A DNA stretch of 37,623 nucleotides from Campylobacterales bacterium (lineage in GTDB: Bacteria > Campylobacterota > Campylobacteria > Campylobacterales > JALSKU01), in NCBI GenBank assembly GCA_026988685.1, contig JALSKU010000200.1, positions 1 through 37,623 on the forward strand, in the 5' to 3' direction. The first letter of the stretch is position 1. Each line of letters opens with the position of its first letter. The position numbers and the translations under genes are program-made. Positions 18,729 through 26,034 of the stretch are shown one piece after another. Under the pieces are notes generated by a model. It made no database searches, was not told where the DNA came from, and saw only the letters and a program-made list of their open reading frames with translations.

Positions 18729-19418
18729 GTGAAATTTTATCTAAAAAAGCTAAAGATATATGATATTGATAAAACTCTTGTCGATATATCTTTCTCTTTT
18801 AATGACTCTTTCGCACTAGTCGGTCAAAGTGGCAGTGGAAAAAGTTTAACTTTGAAGTCTCTTTTGGGCTTGATGCCTTCAAATCTGCAATATAAACTTG
18901 ATTATGAGTGGGAGCATAAGTTACAAAGAGGAATAACTGTCTCTTTAGTCCCTCAGAACCCCTTTACCTCATTATCACCTTTAACAAAGATAAAAGATAA
19001 CTTTTTTAGCGATGATTATGATGAACTTTTAGAGATGGTTGGTTTGGATAGTGCTTTGGCAAAGAGATTTCCAAGCGAGCTTAGTGGTGGGCAGCTTCAA
19101 AGAGTGATCATCGCTATAGCACTCTCTCACAATCCAAAACTACTTCTACTCGATGAGCCTACAACTGCACTAGATGGTGATACAAAAGAGCAGATACTGC
19201 AACTCATAAAGGAACTACAAGCCAAGCAAGGCTTTAAGATACTCTTTGTAACTCATGATATAAATGCAAGCCAAGTAGTTTGTAAAGAGATAGGCATTAT
19301 CAACGAAGGTAAAATTTTAGAAACAGGTAAAATTGACGATATACTACAAAATCCAAAAACAAGCTATACAAAAAAACTGATAGAGGCAAATTTTAAAAAC
19401 AGAGAGTTTAGATGTTAA
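18729..19418 (+). CDS. ABC transporter ATP-binding protein (GTG start)
   Basis: 229 aa with Walker A 'GQSGSGKS', signature 'LSGGQLQRV', Walker B 'LLLLDEP' and an H-loop 'VTHD'. No permease gene is adjacent. Confidence 0.85.
   Translation: MKFYLKKLKIYDIDKTLVDISFSFNDSFALVGQSGSGKSLTLKSLLGLMPSNLQYKLDYEWEHKLQRGITVSLVPQNPFTSLSPLTKIKDNFFSDDYDELLEMVGLDSALAKRFPSELSGGQLQRVIIAIALSHNPKLLLLDEPTTALDGDTKEQILQLIKELQAKQGFKILFVTHDINASQVVCKEIGIINEGKILETGKIDDILQNPKTSYTKKLIEANFKNREFRC
19389..19418 (+). repeat. Left copy of a perfect 30-bp direct repeat (AATTTTAAAAACAGAGAGTTTAGATGTTAA)
   Basis: Identical to 26052-26081 at all 30 positions. It covers the last 10 codons (the stop included) of the ABC ATPase gene. 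Confidence 0.95.
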
Positions 19419-19445
19419 CTGATGTTAAGAAAAGTTTATAGTTTT

Positions 19446-19468
19446 TTGTATATAATGACAATATACAA
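19446..19468 (+). promoter_or_regulatory. Candidate island promoter/operator: inverted repeat TTGTATAT-N7-ATATACAA overlapping a TATAAT -10
   Basis: The 8-bp arms at 19446-19453 and 19461-19468 are exact reverse complements. TATAAT sits at 19451-19456, about 21 nt upstream of the brnT start. Palindromes overlapping the promoter are typical of RHH-antitoxin autoregulation. Confidence 0.4.
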
Positions 19469-19476
19469 AAAAGGTT

Positions 19477-19800
19477 TTGATTTTGCAGTTTGATTGTTTG
19501 GATATAGAAAATATAAATGGTTTTGAATGGGATAGCGGAAATATTTTAAAAAATGAGGTAAAACATGGGCTGAAGTGGCAAGTAATAGAAGAGCTGTTTT
19601 TCAATGAGCCATTGGTTGTAATAGAGGATAAAAAACATTCAAGTGAAGTTGAGTGTAGATGTGCTGCTCTTGGACATATAGACAATGGTAGGTTAATAAG
19701 TGTAATATTTACCATAAGAAACAGAAAGATTAGAGTTATCTCCGCAAGAGATATGAGTAAAAAAGAGAGGAGGTTTTATGAAGAGTTTACCAAAGTTTAA
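19477..19800 (+). CDS. brnT: BrnT-family toxin (DUF497 ribonuclease toxin), TTG start
   Basis: 107 aa with 'FEWDSGNILKNEVKHGL' and 'IRVISARDMSKKERRFY', the two signature blocks of BrnT/DUF497. It overlaps brnA by 23 nt. Confidence 0.85.
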   Translation: MILQFDCLDIENINGFEWDSGNILKNEVKHGLKWQVIEELFFNEPLVVIEDKKHSSEVECRCAALGHIDNGRLISVIFTIRNRKIRVISARDMSKKERRFYEEFTKV

Positions 19801-20029
19801 TAATCAAAAAGATGAGATGGATTTTTGGGACAAAAATGATATTAATGACTATTTTGATCTTAAAAGTGCAAAGCTTGTAAAATTTCCAAAGTTAAAAAAA
19901 AGCACCAAAACTATATCGCTAAGACTACCTGAAGATATGATAGAGAAGTTAAAAGTTAGAGCAAATGCTCTTGATGTGCCCTATCAGTCTCTTATAAAAA
20001 TTTTATTGCAAAAAGAGTTAAGTGCTTAA
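19778..20029 (+). CDS. brnA: BrnA-family antitoxin (CopG/RHH-like)
   Basis: 83 aa with 'EMDFWDKNDINDYFD' and 'ISLRLPEDMIEKLKVRANALDVPYQSLIKILL', matching the BrnA pattern. Confidence 0.85.
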   Translation: MKSLPKFNNQKDEMDFWDKNDINDYFDLKSAKLVKFPKLKKSTKTISLRLPEDMIEKLKVRANALDVPYQSLIKILLQKELSA

Positions 20030-20032
20030 AAA

Positions 20033-23000
20033 ATGATAACGAAAACAAATTTCAAATCACTTCTTAAAAAATTAGATTTTACTCAAAATGGTGACATTTT
20101 TATAAAAAAATTTGAAGAGTTTGATTGTGAGCTAAGAGTTGATTTTAAAAACCAAAAGTTGATCTATCCGGAAAACAAAGGTTTAATAGTAAATGATAAA
20201 ACCACTTCAAACTTCTCAAGCCATGAAAATTTTGTAGTTTACGAAGCGGTGCATAGACTACTTACTCAAGGGTATAAGCCAAACCATATAGAGCTTGAAA
20301 AGAAGTGGCAATTAGGTCATACTCAAAAAAGCGGTAAAGCTGATATAGTTATAAAAGATAATGCTGATAAAATTATACTTATAATTGAGTGTAAAATAGC
20401 AGGAAATGAATATAAAAAAGCTATAAATATACTTGAAAATGATTCAAGAAATCAACTCTTTTCATACCTTCAACAAGCTCCAACTACTAAATTTTTAGCC
20501 TTGTATTCGAGTGATTTTTGTGATGGAAAAGTAGAGTATGATTATTATCTTGTAAATGTAACAGACAATAAAGAATTACTCCAAAACAATCCTAAACTAA
20601 AATCATATAAAGAAGCAAAAACTGTAGAAGAAAAATATAGAGTATGGATAGAAACTTACGGTAAAGAGTATGCAACTATAGGGCTTTTTGAAGATAATAG
20701 AGCTTATGAAATTGGTAAAAATAGGTTTAGTATAAAAGATTTAAAAAGTGTTAGCATCAAAGATATACAGGGTAAATACCACCAGTTCGCAACTATTCTT
20801 AGGCAACATAACATTTCAGGTCGTGAAAATGCTTTTGATAAGCTCATTAATCTTTTTTTATGTAAAGTAACTGATGAGATGGAAAATCCTAATGATCTAA
20901 AGTTTTACTACAAAGGCATGGCCTATGATGACCCTTTTAGTTTCCAAGATCGACTCCAACAACTTTATAAAATAGGAATGGAGAAGTTTTTAGAAGATAA
21001 GATAACTTATATAGAAAACAAAAAAATTGATGAAGCTTTTGGAGTTTTTAAAGATAAGCCAAATGTTACAAAAGAGCTTATAAAGAACTATTTTAAAGAG
21101 CTAAAATTTTTTACAAATAGTGACTTTGCTTTTATAGATGTACATAATGAAAAACTTTTTTACCAAAACTTTGAAGTTCTTTTGAAAGTTGTTAAAATTT
21201 TTCAAGATATGAGGTTAACAGGAAGTGAAGAGAATCAATTTTTAGGAGATATGTTTGAAGGTTTTTTGGATCAAGGAGTCAAACAAAGTGAAGGGCAGTT
21301 TTTTACACCACTTCCAATAGTAAAATTTATAATCAACTCTTTACCAGATTTAGAAAAACCAAATGTCATTGACTATGCTTGCGGAGCGGGACACTTTTTA
21401 AATGAGTATGCAAATCTAAACAAAGATAGTTACATAGTAGGAGTTGAAAAGGAGTATCGTTTAAGTAAAGTAGCAAAAGTTAGCTCTTTTATGTATGGGC
21501 ATAACATAGAGATAGTTTATGCCGATGCTCTAAGTTCTCATAACAAGATAAAAGAGAAGAGTTTTGATTGTCTTGTATCAAATCCACCATATAGCGTAAA
21601 GGGTTTTTTAACAACATTAAGTAAAAAGGATAGAGAAAATTACGAGTTAATAGACGATGTAGATGTAAAAAGCTACTCTAAAACAGGAGCCATAGAGTGC
21701 TTTTTTCTTGAAAGAGTTTGTCAACTTTTAAAAGAAAATGGGATTTCTGGAATTATAGTGCCAAGCTCCATACTCAACAAAGATACTCCAAAACTATACA
21801 CTACAACAAGAGAGATAATTTTAAAATATTTTGATATAGTTGCCATTGTTGAGTTTGGAAGCGGTACATTTGGAAAAACCGGCACAAATACAGTAACACT
21901 TTTTTTAAAGAAAAGAGAAGAGGAGTATCTCTTTGAACACTATGAAAATATGATAAATGAGTGGTTTAATGGTGATTTTAAGATAAATGAGATTTTTAGA
22001 GATGAAGATAAACTAAAAGAGTATTGCAAATATCAACAAATTGATTTTAGTGCTTACAAACAGTTACTTTGTAATGAGCTTAATAGTGAGCTTTTTAAAA
22101 ATGAAACTTTTAGCGAATATAAAAAAGCTTTTGAAAAATCGAGCCTATTAAAAGAGCTAAAAAAGAAAAGATATTTTAAAGAGTTAGGCAAAATTGAGCA
22201 AGAAGAGAGAATAGAAAAAGAGCTTATAGCTTTTATAAAAACAATCGAAAAAGATAAACTACTCTACTTTATGTTGGCAAGTTTCCAGAGAAATGCAGTT
22301 GTGATAGTAAAATCTCCAACTTCTAATAGTGAGATAAAAAAATTCTTAGGATATGAGTGGAGCGGTAGAAAAGGGGATGAGGGGATAAAGTATATAACAA
22401 AAGAGAGTATAAGAGTCGATGAGAACTTAGATGAAGATGATAAAAGAGTGCTTGAAAACCTACAAGGTATAAAATATATAGATACTCCACTTTATAATCC
22501 ACAAAATTTAGATGATAACTTGAAAATAAATAAGATCATAAAAGATAATTTCGAATATGGAAAGTTTAATATACCAGATAGTTTAAAAAAATATGTAAGC
22601 AGTGCAAAGCTCGTTGATATGCTGGATTTTAGCAGGGTAGAGTTTAACAAGGCTATAAATTTAAACCCTACTAAAAAGGTGGAAACAGAAAGTAAGTGGG
22701 AGTTGGTTAGACTTGGAGATGTAGCTGATATATTGATAGTAGGAACACCGTCAAGAAATAAACCAGAATATTTTAATGGTAATCATCTTTGGGTTTCAAT
22801 AGCAGAAATAAATAATCAAATTATAACTAATACTAAAGAAAAGCTTTCAGATGATGGTGTAAAAAATTCAAATGTTAAACTTATACCTAAAAACACTACA
22901 TTATTGAGTTTTAAACTATCAATTGGAAAAACTGCTATTGCTGGTAAAGATTTATATACAAATGAAGCTATAGCTGGACTTGTTATAAAACAAGAAATAA

Positions 23001-23791
23001 AAGAAAAATTAACTGATAAATATTTATTTTATTTATTTAGTTCTGGAATTATTAATTTAGATAAAAATAACTTTAATGCTTTTGGAAAAAGTTTAAATAG
23101 CAAATTTCTGAAAAATGAAGTAAAAATCCCACTTCCGCCACTTAATATCCAAGAAAAGATAGCAAAAGAGTGTGAAGAGATAGACAAGATTAGCGAAAGT
23201 TTAAGAATTGAAAATGTTGAGTTAAAAGAGAAGATAGAAAGAAGTTTTAATGAGATTTATAATATTGCAACTGAAACCGTAAGATTAAGCGACGAAGAGA
23301 GTTTTGAAGTTTTCATAGGAAAAAGAGTGCTTTCAAAAGATATAGGCCAAAACCAAAATGATGGTATTCCTGTATATAGTGCAAATGTTTTTGAACCATT
23401 TGGATATACCAAAAAAGAGTTTTTAAAAGATTTTTCAAAACCTTCTGTATTGTGGGGTATAGATGGGGATTGGATGGTAAATATATTGCCAAAAGATACT
23501 CCATTTTATCCAACCGATCATTGTGGAGTTATAAGAGTTAAGAGTGATGAAATTGAACCAATTTATCTTAAATTTGTACTATATAAAGAGGGCTTAGAGC
23601 AAAGATTTTCAAGAAGTAACAGAGCATCTACTGCAAGAATAAAATCACTTACTATAAAAATACCATCAAAAGATATACAATATAGTTTTTCTAAAAAAGT
23701 CAATGAATTTGAAATAAAAATTAACCAAAACCAAAAAATTATAGAGAGTAGCAAAGCAAAAAAAGAGGAAGTTTTAAAAAAATGGCTATAA
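20033..23791 (+). CDS. Single-chain restriction-modification-specificity enzyme: N-terminal PD-(D/E)xK nuclease (HsdR_N-like) + gamma-class N6-adenine methyltransferase (HsdM-like) + two HsdS-type TRDs. AloI/CjeI-like Type IIB/IIG architecture, no ATPase motor
   Basis: 1252 aa. Nuclease motif 'GKADIVIKDNADKIILIIECK' (D104...E119-x-K121; nt 20342-20395). Methylase motif 'GQFFTP' (aa 421-426), motif I 'DYACGAGHF' (aa 447-455) and motif IV 'NPPY' (aa 517-520; nt 21581-21592). HsdS-like TRD1 starts 'KWELVRLGDVADI' (aa ~888) and is followed by the conserved spacer 'IPLPPLNIQEKIAKECEEID'. TRD2 runs from aa ~1081 to ~1205 with the second conserved spacer 'IKIPSKDIQYSFSKKV'. No helicase/Walker motifs are seen. 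Confidence 0.85.
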   Translation: MITKTNFKSLLKKLDFTQNGDIFIKKFEEFDCELRVDFKNQKLIYPENKGLIVNDKTTSNFSSHENFVVYEAVHRLLTQGYKPNHIELEKKWQLGHTQKSGKADIVIKDNADKIILIIECKIAGNEYKKAINILENDSRNQLFSYLQQAPTTKFLALYSSDFCDGKVEYDYYLVNVTDNKELLQNNPKLKSYKEAKTVEEKYRVWIETYGKEYATIGLFEDNRAYEIGKNRFSIKDLKSVSIKDIQGKYHQFATILRQHNISGRENAFDKLINLFLCKVTDEMENPNDLKFYYKGMAYDDPFSFQDRLQQLYKIGMEKFLEDKITYIENKKIDEAFGVFKDKPNVTKELIKNYFKELKFFTNSDFAFIDVHNEKLFYQNFEVLLKVVKIFQDMRLTGSEENQFLGDMFEGFLDQGVKQSEGQFFTPLPIVKFIINSLPDLEKPNVIDYACGAGHFLNEYANLNKDSYIVGVEKEYRLSKVAKVSSFMYGHNIEIVYADALSSHNKIKEKSFDCLVSNPPYSVKGFLTTLSKKDRENYELIDDVDVKSYSKTGAIECFFLERVCQLLKENGISGIIVPSSILNKDTPKLYTTTREIILKYFDIVAIVEFGSGTFGKTGTNTVTLFLKKREEEYLFEHYENMINEWFNGDFKINEIFRDEDKLKEYCKYQQIDFSAYKQLLCNELNSELFKNETFSEYKKAFEKSSLLKELKKKRYFKELGKIEQEERIEKELIAFIKTIEKDKLLYFMLASFQRNAVVIVKSPTSNSEIKKFLGYEWSGRKGDEGIKYITKESIRVDENLDEDDKRVLENLQGIKYIDTPLYNPQNLDDNLKINKIIKDNFEYGKFNIPDSLKKYVSSAKLVDMLDFSRVEFNKAINLNPTKKVETESKWELVRLGDVADILIVGTPSRNKPEYFNGNHLWVSIAEINNQIITNTKEKLSDDGVKNSNVKLIPKNTTLLSFKLSIGKTAIAGKDLYTNEAIAGLVIKQEIKEKLTDKYLFYLFSSGIINLDKNNFNAFGKSLNSKFLKNEVKIPLPPLNIQEKIAKECEEIDKISESLRIENVELKEKIERSFNEIYNIATETVRLSDEESFEVFIGKRVLSKDIGQNQNDGIPVYSANVFEPFGYTKKEFLKDFSKPSVLWGIDGDWMVNILPKDTPFYPTDHCGVIRVKSDEIEPIYLKFVLYKEGLEQRFSRSNRASTARIKSLTIKIPSKDIQYSFSKKVNEFEIKINQNQKIIESSKAKKEEVLKKWL

Positions 23792-24663
23792 ATAAGTTTG
23801 GTGGGAATTGGACAGAAACTAAACTAAATATTCTTGGAAAATATTTAAGTGCATACACCACTATACTAAAAAAGTATAATTTTAAGATAGCTTTTATAGA
23901 TGCTTTTGCAGGAACAGGGTATATTGAAAACAAACAAAATACCGATGAAAATCTATTGTTTGAATTTGAGGAAACTAAAGAGTACATAAAAGGTTCAGCA
24001 ATAGTTGCATTAGAAACAAAGCCTTGTTTTGATAGATATATTTTTATAGACTTGAATAAAAATAATTTAGATAATTTAAAACAAATAATTAATGAAAAAT
24101 TTTCAAATAAAAAAGATAATTGCATATTTTACAATGATGATGCTAATATAGTTTTAGAAAAATTGTGTAATAAAAATTGGCAAAGACATAGAGCTATAGT
24201 ATTTTTAGATCCTTTTGGAATGGAAGTAAAATGGCAAACAATAGAATCTATAGCTAAAACTAAAGCAATTGATTTATGGATTTTATTTCCATTTGGTATA
24301 GGTGTTAATAGATTACTTACAAATGATATATCAAAAATGCCTTCATCTTGGGAGAAGAAATTAAATGATATATTTGGAACAGATGAATGGAAAAATACTT
24401 TTTATAAAACTACTGTAGAGCCTTCTTTATTTGGTGAATTTGAGAAAACAAGAAAAGTTACAAATTTTAATAAAATAGCTCAATTTTATATTGACAGATT
24501 AGAGTCTATTTTTGTAGGAGTTATTGACAAACCTATGTATCTTTGTAATTCAAGAAACAATCCTTTATTTTTATTCTGTTTTGCTTCGGGAAATGAAAAA
24601 GGAAGTAAAACTGCTATTAAAATAGCAAAAAATATAATGGTTAAAGAAATGGGGTTAAAATAA
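23782..24663 (+). CDS. tcmP: Three-Cys-motif partner protein TcmP (TIGR04474-like); Rossmann/methyltransferase-like motifs
   Basis: 293 aa. The N-terminus 'FGGNWTETKLNILGKYLSAY...IAFIDAFAGTGY' matches my recollection of the TcmP family. It sits next to a DUF5131 gene, the family's defining context. The ATG overlaps the R-M-S stop by 10 nt. Confidence 0.7.
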   Translation: MAINKFGGNWTETKLNILGKYLSAYTTILKKYNFKIAFIDAFAGTGYIENKQNTDENLLFEFEETKEYIKGSAIVALETKPCFDRYIFIDLNKNNLDNLKQIINEKFSNKKDNCIFYNDDANIVLEKLCNKNWQRHRAIVFLDPFGMEVKWQTIESIAKTKAIDLWILFPFGIGVNRLLTNDISKMPSSWEKKLNDIFGTDEWKNTFYKTTVEPSLFGEFEKTRKVTNFNKIAQFYIDRLESIFVGVIDKPMYLCNSRNNPLFLFCFASGNEKGSKTAIKIAKNIMVKEMGLK

Positions 24664-24664
24664 A

Positions 24665-25369
24665 ATGAATAAAACAAAAATAGAATGGACTGAGAGCAGT
24701 TGGAATCCGATTACTGGATGTACTAAAATAAGTGATGGATGTTTAAACTGCTATGCTGAAAAAATGGCATATAGACTTAAAACAATGGGAACAAAAGGAT
24801 ATGAGAATGGTTTTGAGGTAACATTACAATACCATCAATTAGAAAAACCGCTTAAAATGAAAAAACCTCAAATGATTTTTGTAAATTCTATGAGCGATAT
24901 ATTTCATGAAGATGTTCCAGATGATTATATATTAAAAATCTTTGAAATTATGGATCAAGCTTCTTGGCATATTTTTCAAGTATTAACAAAAAGACCAGAA
25001 AGACTGAAATCACTAAAAGATAAAATAGTATGGACGGATAATATTTGGATGGGAACTACTATTGAAAGTAATAAATATATAAATAGAGTAGATTTTATTA
25101 AAAACACTAATGCAAAAATAAAATTTATATCTTTCGAACCTTTATTAAGTAGTGTTAAAGATGTTGATTTAAGTGGAATTGACTGGGTAATTGTAGGGGG
25201 TGAGAGTGGAAGCGGAGCAAGAATTATAAAAAAAGAGTGGGTATATGAGATAAGAGATAAGTGTGAAGAACTAAATATTCCTTTCTTTTTTAAACAGTGG
25301 GGTGGAACAAACAAAAAGAAAAATGGAAGATTGCTTGATGGAAAAATTTATGATAAGATACCTTTGTAA
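24665..25369 (+). CDS. DUF5131 (Pfam PF07505, 'phage Gp37/Gp68') family protein with a three-Cys motif
   Basis: 234 aa with 'KIEWTESSWNPITGCTKISDGCLNCYAEK' (C19-x6-C26-x2-C29), 'DWVIVGGESGSGAR' and 'FFFKQWGG', the characteristic blocks of this family. It starts 1 nt after the tcmP stop. Confidence 0.85.
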   Translation: MNKTKIEWTESSWNPITGCTKISDGCLNCYAEKMAYRLKTMGTKGYENGFEVTLQYHQLEKPLKMKKPQMIFVNSMSDIFHEDVPDDYILKIFEIMDQASWHIFQVLTKRPERLKSLKDKIVWTDNIWMGTTIESNKYINRVDFIKNTNAKIKFISFEPLLSSVKDVDLSGIDWVIVGGESGSGARIIKKEWVYEIRDKCEELNIPFFFKQWGGTNKKKNGRLLDGKIYDKIPL

Positions 25370-25387
25370 ATATTTATATTATAATAA

Positions 25388-25458
25388 CCACTGCCTTAAA
25401 TTCTCAGCAGTCTGTAGTCAGTAATCACTATGTAGTTAAGTGGAATTTAAAGAAGTGG
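25388..25458. terminator. Imperfect 16-bp inverted repeat downstream of the DUF5131 gene (possible terminator, processing site or structured leader)
   Basis: CCACTGCCTTAAATTC (25388-25403) pairs with GAATTTAAAGAAGTGG (25443-25458), 14/16 complementary, with a 39-nt loop. There is no clear U-tract. Confidence 0.25.
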
Positions 25459-25539
25459 GATGTAAAAGTAGGGAGTTGAATTTATGGATGAGATATTACA
25501 GATAAAAATTTTAAAATTATCAAAAAAAGTAAAAAAATT

Positions 25540-26034
25540 GTGATAGATAATTTTGAAAGTGAAAGTATAATAGATAAAAATATTGATCCGGAAGTTGTTA
25601 TTGGAGAGCTTATAAATCTAACTGAAAAGCTATCCTCTGCTATTCAAACGCGAGCAGAGACTTTTGATAAAAGATATAATAATGAAGATGAGATGTTACA
25701 TGAAATTAAAATATTTTTTGAAAAGCTTAATTCATATATTGAAAAAATTACAATGATATTTATTGATATCAAAACCAATTTGGATGATACTTTATCTAAA
25801 TTATTAGCATTAAAATATGTTGAGAAAATTTTATGTGATTATTTAATTTGGTGTGAAAAGTTAGAAAATGCGATATTGGGGTTAGGTAGCACTGAAGTTA
25901 TATTTAAACCAGATGTTAAGATAGAAAACAGAATTTTTAGCTATGCCTCAGAGAGACTAATCAAACATAATGATTCTTGGCTTTTGCCATTTGTTGGCGG
26001 GATAGGATTGGGATTTTTATTGGATGATGGCTAA
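25540..26034 (+). CDS. Hypothetical protein, predicted helical with a C-terminal hydrophobic tail anchor
   Basis: 164 aa with a GTG start and no SD. No recognisable family. The C-terminus 'WLLPFVGGIGLGFLLDDG' looks like a single TM/tail anchor. It lies inside the island, just before the right direct repeat. Confidence 0.45.
   Translation: MIDNFESESIIDKNIDPEVVIGELINLTEKLSSAIQTRAETFDKRYNNEDEMLHEIKIFFEKLNSYIEKITMIFIDIKTNLDDTLSKLLALKYVEKILCDYLIWCEKLENAILGLGSTEVIFKPDVKIENRIFSYASERLIKHNDSWLLPFVGGIGLGFLLDDG

Noticed and set aside
19425-19715. 96-aa minus-strand ORF overlapping the island promoter region and brnT
   Set aside because: It is antisense to brnT, which has clear family motifs, and its translation has no motifs.
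25484-25543. 19-codon leader ORF listed as a separate CDS feature
   Set aside because: It is too short to support as a gene from sequence alone. I report it only as part of the hypothesis about expression of the 164-aa ORF.
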